Below are positions 18,997 through 28,835 of a DNA stretch of 64,000 bases, piece by piece. The stretch is from the NCBI GenBank assembly GCA_013314775.1, contig JABUFB010000008.1:725036-789035 (forward strand), read 5' to 3'. The stretch is from Armatimonadota bacterium (GTDB lineage: Bacteria; Armatimonadota; Zipacnadia; Zipacnadales; JABUFB01). Below the pieces are notes generated by a model that did no database searches, was not told where the DNA came from, and was given only the letters and a program-made list of their open reading frames with translations. The translations under genes were made by a program, and so were the position numbers. How positions within the stretch are numbered: position 1 is the first letter of the stretch; each line of letters begins with the position of its first letter.

Positions 18997-19200
18997 GTAT
19001 TCGTCCTCCCCAGCTCGAGGTGTCTGCATTGTGCGTCGTCTATAGACTGCAATTCTTGCGGCAATTCGCCGCTGGGGTCGGCAGGCGGGCACAAATGGCG
19101 CCCGAAGCACGCCGCTGATATTATAGCACACTCATTCTGCCTAGACTATAGAGGGCCCCTCTTGGACAAGTCAAGCCCGCCGGCGGGCTACGAGGTCTGT

Positions 19201-19229
19201 TTGACTCGATCCAGCGTCTACCGTATACT
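19201..19229 (+). promoter_or_regulatory. Consensus-like sigma-70 promoter for recJ (TTGACT, 17 nt, TATACT)
   Basis: -35 TTGACT at 19201-19206, 17-nt spacer, -10 TATACT at 19224-19229. AAGGAAG RBS at 19247-19253 sits 9 nt before ATG 19263. Confidence 0.6.
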
Positions 19230-19262
19230 GCCCCCAAAGGAAGACACTGGAATTCGGTACAT

Positions 19263-20975
19263 ATGCCTGCATGCAGACCCGCATGGGACGCCGCGCCACG
19301 AGACTTTGATTTTGAAGCGCAGATGGCCCGCGAACTGGGGATTCACCCCGTCATAGCGGGCGTCATGCGCCGCCGCGGCATAACCACTCCAGACCACGCA
19401 CGCCGCTTCCTCCACCCCGATCTGGCCGACCTGCATGACCCGTTCCTATTGCCCGATATGGACATCGCGGCCCGGAGAATCGTGAAGGCCATCGAAAACC
19501 ATGAGACCGTCCTGGTCCACGGTGACTACGATGTGGATGGAATTACCGGTTCTGCCCTGATGGTCCGTTTCCTGTCGAAACTGGGGGCGGACGTGCAGTA
19601 TCACTTGCCCCATCGTCAGATTGACCACTATGGGCTGAGCGTGGAGGCGATGCGCGAGGCCGCGCGGGTGGGTGCCCATCTCGCCATAGCGGTGGATTGC
19701 GGTGTCACCGGCTTCGAGGCGGTGGCGGAGGGGCGGCGCCTGGGCATGGACGTGGTGGTCATCGATCACCACGAGCCCGAGGACAGACTACCCAACGCCA
19801 ACGCCATCGTTGATCCAAAGCGCGCCGACTCCACCTATCCCGAGCGCGATCTGGCCTCTGTCGGCCTCTGCTTCAAGACCGCGTCGGCCGTTTGTACCCT
19901 CATGGACGTGCCCCAGGAATCCCTGCAGAGGGCATTCCTGGACCTGGTGGCCATGGGAACCATAGCCGACGTGGTCCCGCTCATCGGCGAGAACCGCATC
20001 CTGGCCAGTCACGGCTTGAGGAGCATGGCAGGCACGCGCAAAGTGGGGCTGCAAGCTCTGATGCGTCTGTGCAATGCAGACGGAGACATCCGAGCTTCCG
20101 ACGTGGCCTTCCGTATTGCCCCGCGGATGAACGCCGCCGGGAGAATGGGCGACGCGACTGATGCCCTGGAATTGCTTCTCACGAATGACCCGGAGACTGC
20201 CACCCGGTTGGCTCTCTCCCTGGATAACGCGAACCGCGAGCGTCAGCGGGTCCAGGAGCGCATCTATCGGGATGCCCTGGAGATGATAGAGGGAGAGGTG
20301 GACTTCGAGAACGAGCACGTCGTGGTGCTGGCGTCTCCTGAATGGCACGTGGGCGTTGTGGGCATTGTGGCCTCGAAAATCATGGAGACCCACTCGCGCC
20401 CGACGATCCTCATGGTGCAGGAAAACGGTGAGGCCCGGGGATCCGCACGGAGCGTTCATGGGTTCGATATCAGCCAGGCCCTGCAGGGGTGCACCGACCT
20501 GCTGCTGTCCCACGGTGGGCATGCCCTGGCGGCCGGGATGAGTCTGCGCATTGAGAACCTGCCGGACTTCCGCCGACGCCTGAACTGCCTCGCCGCCGAA
20601 TCCCTGCGTTTGGAGGACCTTCAGCCCAGATTGGAGACCGACGCTGAGGTGTTGCTGGACGAGGTGGACGCGGAACTGCTTGAGGGTCTGGCGCAGCTTG
20701 AGCCCTTCGGGCAGGCGAACCCGGCGCCCTTGTTCGTGACCCACGGGGTGGATGTGCTGGATGTCCGGACTGTCGGAAGGGACAACCAGCACCTGAAACT
20801 GTTCGTGAGCCAGGGTGACCGCCCGGTGGACTGTATCGGGTTCGGAATGGGTCCTGAAGCCGACTGGATCGACCGGGGATCTACTATCGATATCTGCCAC
20901 ACTCCCGAGATCAATGAGTACAATGGGACCCGAGGGGTCCAACTGCGTCTCCAGGCTGTTCGCGCGGCACGGTAA
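19263..20975 (+). CDS. recJ: Single-stranded-DNA-specific exonuclease RecJ
   Basis: DHH motifs (VLVHGDYDVDGITGSAL; DHH phosphoesterase), DHHA1 region, RecJ OB-fold C-terminus. Confidence 0.9.
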   Translation: MPACRPAWDAAPRDFDFEAQMARELGIHPVIAGVMRRRGITTPDHARRFLHPDLADLHDPFLLPDMDIAARRIVKAIENHETVLVHGDYDVDGITGSALMVRFLSKLGADVQYHLPHRQIDHYGLSVEAMREAARVGAHLAIAVDCGVTGFEAVAEGRRLGMDVVVIDHHEPEDRLPNANAIVDPKRADSTYPERDLASVGLCFKTASAVCTLMDVPQESLQRAFLDLVAMGTIADVVPLIGENRILASHGLRSMAGTRKVGLQALMRLCNADGDIRASDVAFRIAPRMNAAGRMGDATDALELLLTNDPETATRLALSLDNANRERQRVQERIYRDALEMIEGEVDFENEHVVVLASPEWHVGVVGIVASKIMETHSRPTILMVQENGEARGSARSVHGFDISQALQGCTDLLLSHGGHALAAGMSLRIENLPDFRRRLNCLAAESLRLEDLQPRLETDAEVLLDEVDAELLEGLAQLEPFGQANPAPLFVTHGVDVLDVRTVGRDNQHLKLFVSQGDRPVDCIGFGMGPEADWIDRGSTIDICHTPEINEYNGTRGVQLRLQAVRAAR

Positions 20976-21032
20976 GCTCATCGCAGGCCTCAGCGCGGAA
21001 CAGCTCTGGTTCGGAGGATCCGAGGTGCCGAT

Positions 21033-22049
21033 TTGAAGGCCCCCGTCAACCAGGCGGTCCTGCTGGTGGGTGGACAGGGCACGCGATTGCGTCCCCTGAC
21101 CTGTGATCGCCCCAAGGCTCTCGTACCCTTGTTGAATGAGCCCCTGCTGGCCTGCGAACTGCGCCTTCTGGCACGCCACGGCATCACTAACGTGATCCTT
21201 TCCGTTGGTTACCGCGCGCGCGTCCTCCAGGATGCGCTGGGGGATGGGTCGCGCTGGGGGGTAAGGCTGCGGTACGTTGAGGAGCCTTCGGCACTGGGAA
21301 CCGCCGGCGGTCTGCGGAATGCCCTGGAGCTGCTGGATGGGCCCTTCGTGGCGATGAATGGGGACCTGGTGTACGACGTAGACCTGTCCGCCTTTGCCGA
21401 AGCCCACCTGCGAGCGGGCGCGATGGTGAGTTTCTGCCTGCGGCGAGTGGAGGATATACGGCGTTTCGGGCTGATCCAGTGCGACGATTCCGGTCGAGTC
21501 GTGGCCTTCCGCGAAAAGCGGGAGGTCGACGAGACCGGACGGAATACTGTGAACAGCGGGGTCTATCTCATGGACCCGGAAGCATTGCTGCGGGTGCCCG
21601 CGGGCGTTGAGTGGTCCAACGAGACCCAGCTGTTTCCCGGTCTGCTCCAGGAAGGCTGCCTCTTGCTGGGGTTCATGCCCGAACAACAGGGCTACTGGGC
21701 TGACGTGGGCACAGTAGAGTCGTACCTGCAGACCAGCCGCGACCTGCTGCGAGGCGCAATTCCGTGGATGCGGGGAGCGGTCGCCACATCTGTCATGGGA
21801 CGCACCGAGGACATCGAACAACCGGTGGGGCTGGCTGAAGGCGTACGCATTGAGGATGGCGCACGAGTAGGGCCGGAGGTGTGCATTGGCGCGCGTGGCA
21901 CAGTCGGCGCCGGGGCGCGCATCCAGGCGTCTATCCTGTGGGAAGATGTGACCATTGGGCCCAATGCCCATATTCACAACTGCATAATCGGCGCCGGGGT
22001 GACCATCGGCGCGGGCTGCAAGTACAGTGGAAAGGTCGTCGTCCGGTGA
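21033..22049 (+). CDS. Sugar-1-phosphate nucleotidyltransferase with a C-terminal left-handed beta-helix (mannose-1-P guanylyltransferase / glucose-1-P nucleotidyltransferase type)
   Basis: N-terminal LLVGGQGTRLRPLT nucleotide-binding loop. C-terminal hexapeptide repeats (IGAGVTIGAGC). TTG start at 21033 preceded by GAGGTG. Confidence 0.8.
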   Translation: MKAPVNQAVLLVGGQGTRLRPLTCDRPKALVPLLNEPLLACELRLLARHGITNVILSVGYRARVLQDALGDGSRWGVRLRYVEEPSALGTAGGLRNALELLDGPFVAMNGDLVYDVDLSAFAEAHLRAGAMVSFCLRRVEDIRRFGLIQCDDSGRVVAFREKREVDETGRNTVNSGVYLMDPEALLRVPAGVEWSNETQLFPGLLQEGCLLLGFMPEQQGYWADVGTVESYLQTSRDLLRGAIPWMRGAVATSVMGRTEDIEQPVGLAEGVRIEDGARVGPEVCIGARGTVGAGARIQASILWEDVTIGPNAHIHNCIIGAGVTIGAGCKYSGKVVVR

Positions 22050-22069
22050 GCCACCAAGATCCATTGCTG

Positions 22070-23191
22070 ATGATTCCAGGGCCGACCAATCTGCCGCCAG
22101 AAGTTCGAGCGGCCATCGGCGCGCCCAGCATGTACCACCGCGGGCCGGGCTTCATGGGGCTCCTCGACGGCTGCAACCGGGGCCTGCAGGTAGTTTTCCA
22201 GACGAAGAACGACGTGATCATCCTGGCATCATCGGGTACCGGGGGCGTTGAGGCGGCCATCGTCAATCTCATCAACCCCGATGACCGGGTGCTTGTGGTG
22301 CGCGGAGGGAAGTTCGGCGAGCGCATGGCCGAGATCGCGGCCCGATTCGGCGCGCTGGTAACGACGCTCGACGTCGAACCCGGGCGAGCCGCCGAGCCCC
22401 AGCAGCTTGCGGATGTACTGGCGCGCAAGCCATTCAAGGCCGTGCTGTTCGTGCAGAACGAGACCTCGACTGGCATCACACAGAACGTCGCTACGCTGGC
22501 AAAGATCGCTCACGATCACCGATGCCTGACCATCGTGGACTGTGTGAGCGGGATGGGCGGGATCCCGGTGCGCACCGACGAATGGGGCTTGGACGCAGTG
22601 ATCTCCGGCTCCCAGAAGGCTTTCATGCTCCCGCCCGGGCTGTCCTTTGTATCTCTCTCGCAGCGAGCCTGGGAGATTGCGGAAAAGAGCAAGACGCCGC
22701 GCTTCTACTTCGACCTGCCCGCCGCGCGGAAGTCACTGGCGAAAGGCCAGACGCCTTTCACCCCCGCCGTCAACCTGATCCAGGGCCTGGGGGCGTCTCT
22801 TGAGCTGATCTTGGGCGAGGGCCTTGAGAAAGTGTACGCGCGCCACGCCCGGGCAGGACGTTCGGTGCGTCTGGCAATGCAGGCGCTGGGCCTGGAGCTG
22901 TTTGCGGACCCCGCCTACGCAAGCAATGTGGTGACCGCGATCAGAGCACCTGAGGGAGTCTCGTCCACAGATGTCGTGAAGCGGTTGGCGGCTAACCACC
23001 AGATCGTAATCTCCGACGGCCAGAGTGAACTGAAAGGTAAGATTTTCCGAATAGGGCATATGGGCTGGTTCGACGAGGAGATGCTGGCGCGCACGGTGCG
23101 TGCAACGGGCGAGACTTTAGCCGGTCTGGGGCATTCGTGCGACCCGCAGGCCGGCGAGGAAACGCTGCGGGAGGTCTGGGCACAGGCATGA
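22070..23191 (+). CDS. Class-V PLP aminotransferase (serine-pyruvate / alanine-glyoxylate / serine-glyoxylate aminotransferase family)
   Basis: MIPGPTNLPPEV N-terminus and the SGSQKAFMLPPGLS lysine region typical of AGXT-like enzymes. ATG 22070 lies 21 nt after the upstream stop. Alternative in-frame GTG at 22046 and TTG at 22064. Confidence 0.8.
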   Translation: MIPGPTNLPPEVRAAIGAPSMYHRGPGFMGLLDGCNRGLQVVFQTKNDVIILASSGTGGVEAAIVNLINPDDRVLVVRGGKFGERMAEIAARFGALVTTLDVEPGRAAEPQQLADVLARKPFKAVLFVQNETSTGITQNVATLAKIAHDHRCLTIVDCVSGMGGIPVRTDEWGLDAVISGSQKAFMLPPGLSFVSLSQRAWEIAEKSKTPRFYFDLPAARKSLAKGQTPFTPAVNLIQGLGASLELILGEGLEKVYARHARAGRSVRLAMQALGLELFADPAYASNVVTAIRAPEGVSSTDVVKRLAANHQIVISDGQSELKGKIFRIGHMGWFDEEMLARTVRATGETLAGLGHSCDPQAGEETLREVWAQA

Positions 23192-24777
23192 GGCCGCGGG
23201 TACTGGTCTGTGACAATGTGGCGGCGTCCGGCTTGGAGTTTCTGCGCACCCGAGCAGAAGTGGTGGAAGCCGGCAGCCTGGACGAACAGGCGCTGATTGC
23301 GGCCCTGGATGGCTGCCAGGCTCTCATCGTCCGCAGCGCAACGAAAGTAACCGCGCCCGTGTTTGAAGCCTGCCGGGGCCTGAAAGTGGTGGCTCGCGCC
23401 GGCGTGGGTGTTGATAACATTGATATCGAGGCTGCCACGCGCTGGGGGGTGCTGGTGGTCAACAGCCCCGCGGGGAACGTGCTGGCCGCGGCCGAGCACA
23501 CCCTGGCAATGCTGCTTGCTGCCGCGCGAAACATCCCGCAGGCCGATGCATCAATGAAACAGGGGCGGTTCGACCGCAAGAGCTTCATAGGCCGTCAAGT
23601 CCTGGGCAAGACGCTGGGGATCGTGGGCCTGGGAAACATCGGGACCGAGGTCGCTCGAAGGGCGAGAGCTCTCGGGATGAACGTCGTCGCCTTCGACCCC
23701 TACGCCTCCGAGGAACATGTGCGCAAACTCGGAGCCACCTCTGCCCCACTCCATGAGCTGCTGGCCCAGAGCGACTTTCTGACCGTACACGTGCCGCTGA
23801 CAGACGAGACCCGGGGCCTGATCGGGGCGCGTGAACTGGATCTGCTGCCCGACCATGCCGTGGTCGTCAACTGTGCGCGGGGAGGGATCATCGACGAAAA
23901 CGCGCTTCTTGAGGCGCTTCAGGCGGGCACGGTCGCCGGAGCCGCGCTAGATGTTTTCGTCGGCGAGCCCGACGTGAACGCGAGCCTCGTGGGGCACCCT
24001 CGTGTCATCGCGACACCGCACCTGGGCGCCTCCACGAGTGAGGCCCAGGAGACGGTTGTTCTGGACGCGGCGTCGCAGGTGATGGATGTACTGGCCGGCT
24101 TGCCTCCCAGTTCGCCGGTGAATGTGCCCGCCCTGCCCGCAGAGCTGATGGACCAGCTCAGCCCGTATCTGCTTGTTGCCAGGCATCTGGGGACCCTCGC
24201 GAATGTGCTGGTGACCGGCGCCGCTCGGTCGGTGAAGGTGGATGCAGGGGCAGGCGCGCCAGTTCAGGGCATTCCGCTCCTGGCACACACCATCGTGGCG
24301 CGGATGCTGTCGGGGAAGATCGACCAGCGGGTGAACGAGGTGAACGCTCCAGTAGTTGCGCGTGAGCGCGGCATCGAGGTGCTTCACGGCGCACTGGCCG
24401 AGGACCCGGGGTATTCGCGCTATCTTGAGGCCGGCATTGTGGGTGAAGACTTTGCCTATGAGCTCGCGGGAGCTGTGCTGGAAGGGGACCAGCCCAGAAT
24501 CCTGCGCATCGCGGGCTATGCAGTGGATCTACGCCCTGAAGGCAGGATTATTCTCGTCTGGAAGGACCGGCCGGGGACGCCCGGATTTATCGGTGCGGTG
24601 GGCACGACCCTCGGTGATGCGGGGGTGGGAATTGCCAGCATCCAGGTTGGCCATGAGATCATTGATGACCGCGGCCTATTGGTGATCCGAGTTCTGCAGG
24701 AACCATCGTCCGAGGTGCTTCAGGCAATCCGTGAGCACCCGGACGTCGCGAGGCTGGAGACGGTGGTTTTCGACTGA
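23188..24777 (+). CDS. serA: D-3-phosphoglycerate dehydrogenase (type with a C-terminal ACT domain)
   Basis: MRPRVLVCDNV..., NAD-binding GIVGLGNIGTEVA, catalytic region, C-terminal ACT/ASB domains. Start overlaps the upstream stop (ATGA). Confidence 0.85.
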   Translation: MRPRVLVCDNVAASGLEFLRTRAEVVEAGSLDEQALIAALDGCQALIVRSATKVTAPVFEACRGLKVVARAGVGVDNIDIEAATRWGVLVVNSPAGNVLAAAEHTLAMLLAAARNIPQADASMKQGRFDRKSFIGRQVLGKTLGIVGLGNIGTEVARRARALGMNVVAFDPYASEEHVRKLGATSAPLHELLAQSDFLTVHVPLTDETRGLIGARELDLLPDHAVVVNCARGGIIDENALLEALQAGTVAGAALDVFVGEPDVNASLVGHPRVIATPHLGASTSEAQETVVLDAASQVMDVLAGLPPSSPVNVPALPAELMDQLSPYLLVARHLGTLANVLVTGAARSVKVDAGAGAPVQGIPLLAHTIVARMLSGKIDQRVNEVNAPVVARERGIEVLHGALAEDPGYSRYLEAGIVGEDFAYELAGAVLEGDQPRILRIAGYAVDLRPEGRIILVWKDRPGTPGFIGAVGTTLGDAGVGIASIQVGHEIIDDRGLLVIRVLQEPSSEVLQAIREHPDVARLETVVFD

Positions 24778-24778
24778 T

Positions 24779-25552
24779 ATGCGCATACTGATCACAAATG
24801 ACGACGGAGTTCACGCACCGGGCCTGCGGGCACTGGTTTCGGAGCTGACCTCGCTAGGTGAAGTGGTGGTGTTCGCCCCCGAACGCGAGCAGAGTTGCAG
24901 CGGGCACGCAATCACCCTGCACAAGCCCCTGCGCATCCGGGACGCCCGCATTGACGGAGCGGATGTGCGCGCATATTCGGTGAGCGGCACTCCCGCGGAT
25001 TGTGTGGTTCTCGGTTGCCTGCAGGAGAAGGAGCCCTTCGACCTGGTGCTGTCCGGGATCAACGCCGGAGCCAATCTGGGTGAGGAGGTTTTCTACTCGG
25101 GCACCGTAGCGGCGGCGATGGAGGCTTCGCTGCACGGCATCCGCAGTGTCGCGATGTCGGTGACGGCCTACCGCGACTGTGATTTCCGTGCGGCGGCGCA
25201 GTTCGCGACCCGATTTGGGCCGGCCTGCACAACCATGGACCTGCCGCCAGACACCGTGCTGAATGTGAACGTGCCCAGCCTGCCACCCGATCAGATTCGG
25301 GGCGTCCGGGTCACGCGTCTGGGCCGACGGTCGTACGAGAACTTCCTGGAGCGTCGCGAGGACCCGCGAGGCGTGCCCTATTACTGGTTTAGCGGGGAAG
25401 CCCGGGAGGCCGACGCCACCGAAGACACCGACATCGGCGCCACACAGGCCGGATTCATCTCGGTCACGCCCATGCGGTTCGACATCACCGCGTATGAGGC
25501 CATGGGCGGGATTATGTCGCAACTGTCAGCTATGGGGCTCGTGAAGCCATGA
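24779..25552 (+). CDS. surE: 5'/3'-nucleotidase SurE
   Basis: MRILITNDDGVHAPGL... SurE signature. Starts 1 nt after the serA stop. Confidence 0.9.
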   Translation: MRILITNDDGVHAPGLRALVSELTSLGEVVVFAPEREQSCSGHAITLHKPLRIRDARIDGADVRAYSVSGTPADCVVLGCLQEKEPFDLVLSGINAGANLGEEVFYSGTVAAAMEASLHGIRSVAMSVTAYRDCDFRAAAQFATRFGPACTTMDLPPDTVLNVNVPSLPPDQIRGVRVTRLGRRSYENFLERREDPRGVPYYWFSGEAREADATEDTDIGATQAGFISVTPMRFDITAYEAMGGIMSQLSAMGLVKP

Positions 25553-26466
25553 GGCCGTCCTACCTCGAAGCCATCGAGCAAGGGACCTTCGGGGGGAAGC
25601 TGGCAGATCTGAGAGCGCTGCTGTCGCCCTGTCGTCTCTGCCCGCGAGAGTGCGGCGTGGATCGACTGTCTGGGGAAGCCGGGTTCTGCGGCGGATTGGA
25701 CCGGGCCGTTGTGTCGGGGGCAGGCCCGCATTTCGGGGAAGAGCGACCGCTTGTTGGGTCCGGAGGGTCCGGCACGATCTTCCTGGCCGGCTGCAATCTT
25801 GGCTGCGTGTTCTGCCAGAATTACGATATCAGCCACCTGCGCCAGGGCAGGCCGTTGACCTGCGCCGCGCTGGCACAGGTGATGATCGACCTGCAGGCCC
25901 AGGGCTGCCACAATATTAACTTCGTGACACCCACTCACTTCGCGCCCCAACTGGTGGAAGCAGTGGGAGTAGCGGCCAGGCAGGGGCTTCGCCTGCCGCT
26001 GGTGTGGAACTGCGGCGGGTATGAGAGCGTCAAGGCCCTGCGGCTCCTGGACGGCATCGTGGATATCTACATGCCCGATGCGAAGTACTGGGACGCCGCG
26101 GTGGGGCAAGAGCTCTCGGGCGTTCCTGACTATCCGCAGCGCATGCAGGAAGCTATCACCGAAATGCACCGGCAGGTGGGCGACCTGGCCCTTGATCGCA
26201 GGGGTATCGCAACGCGCGGTCTGCTCGTGCGCCATCTCGTGTTGCCTGAGAACCTGGCTGGAACCGCCGGGATAGCGGGGTTCCTTGCGTCACTGAGCAG
26301 GGACACATACGTCAACATCATGGCCCAGTACCGCCCGTGTCACCGGGCTTCGGACTTCCCGCGGATCGCCCGCCGCATCACTGCCAAAGAGTTCCAACAG
26401 GCCCTGACGGACGCCTCGGTCGCGGGCCTGCGCCGGTTCGACGATCGGCCGACGAATCTGGCCTAG
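25549..26466 (+). CDS. Radical SAM protein of the PflX family (pyruvate formate-lyase activating enzyme homologue, COG1313)
   Basis: CPRECGVDR and GFCG motifs; overall PflX-like layout. Overlaps the surE stop (ATGA). Confidence 0.7.
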   Translation: MRPSYLEAIEQGTFGGKLADLRALLSPCRLCPRECGVDRLSGEAGFCGGLDRAVVSGAGPHFGEERPLVGSGGSGTIFLAGCNLGCVFCQNYDISHLRQGRPLTCAALAQVMIDLQAQGCHNINFVTPTHFAPQLVEAVGVAARQGLRLPLVWNCGGYESVKALRLLDGIVDIYMPDAKYWDAAVGQELSGVPDYPQRMQEAITEMHRQVGDLALDRRGIATRGLLVRHLVLPENLAGTAGIAGFLASLSRDTYVNIMAQYRPCHRASDFPRIARRITAKEFQQALTDASVAGLRRFDDRPTNLA

Positions 26467-26521
26467 CCACACGCGCAGCGCATACCACATGAAATCTGTC
26501 CGCTTTCGGGAGGCGAGTTGG

Positions 26522-27052
26522 ATGTCGGATTTCCTGGACGAGGCCAAGAACATAGCCGCCAGCCTTTGGCGCAAGAGCCGTGAGAGCGTGGACAGTCTCG
26601 CAGCAACTATCGACCAGCGGTCTGAAGCGAGCAAGATCAGCGGAAAGATGCGGAACCTCAACCGCGAACGCGAGGACCTGGTGACGGAGATGGGCAAGAA
26701 GGTGTACGCGCTCTATCGCCGGGGCAAGGTGGAGAACCTGGACCTGCTCGCGGCCTGTAAGCGCATCGACGAGATAGGTAAGGAACTCGAAGCAGCCCGA
26801 GAGGCCCTGGAGAAGTTGCGCAACGAAGCCAAGCCTGATCTGGATGTGCCTGAGGTCACCGATGACACCCCGGCCACCGTGGAACCCGCAGCCGAACCGG
26901 TCAAGGAACCGGAGCCGCCGGTGTGTGCGGAGCCTGTGGTCGCGGCGCAGGAGCCGGCGCCCGAACCCATTGTAGAGACTGCCCCGGAACCAGTCGCGCC
27001 TGCCGAGGCGCCTGCTGATGCCGCACCCGAGGAACCGCAGGACACGATCTGA
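26522..27052 (+). CDS. Hypothetical protein: coiled-coil N-terminal part and a Pro/Ala/Glu/Val-rich low-complexity C-terminal tail
   Basis: GGGAGG lies 9 nt before ATG 26522 (MSDFLDEAKN...). C-terminal ...PEVTDDTPATVEPAAEPVKEPEPPVCAEPVVAAQEPAPEPIVETAPEPVAPAEAPADAAPEEPQDTI. No homology recognised. Confidence 0.5.
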   Translation: MSDFLDEAKNIAASLWRKSRESVDSLAATIDQRSEASKISGKMRNLNREREDLVTEMGKKVYALYRRGKVENLDLLAACKRIDEIGKELEAAREALEKLRNEAKPDLDVPEVTDDTPATVEPAAEPVKEPEPPVCAEPVVAAQEPAPEPIVETAPEPVAPAEAPADAAPEEPQDTI

Positions 27053-27078
27053 AGCACACGCATAGAAGGGGACAGACC

Positions 27079-28716
<1,638 letters not shown>

Positions 28717-28835
28717 GGGATTCGCCATAAGAACGTAACGCGCAGACTGCGAGGGACAGGGCGTGCCGCCCGTCCTCTTGCCTGACGACCCCGATACTGA
28801 GCCGGACCCATCACGCGTATCATCGGTGATTCACT

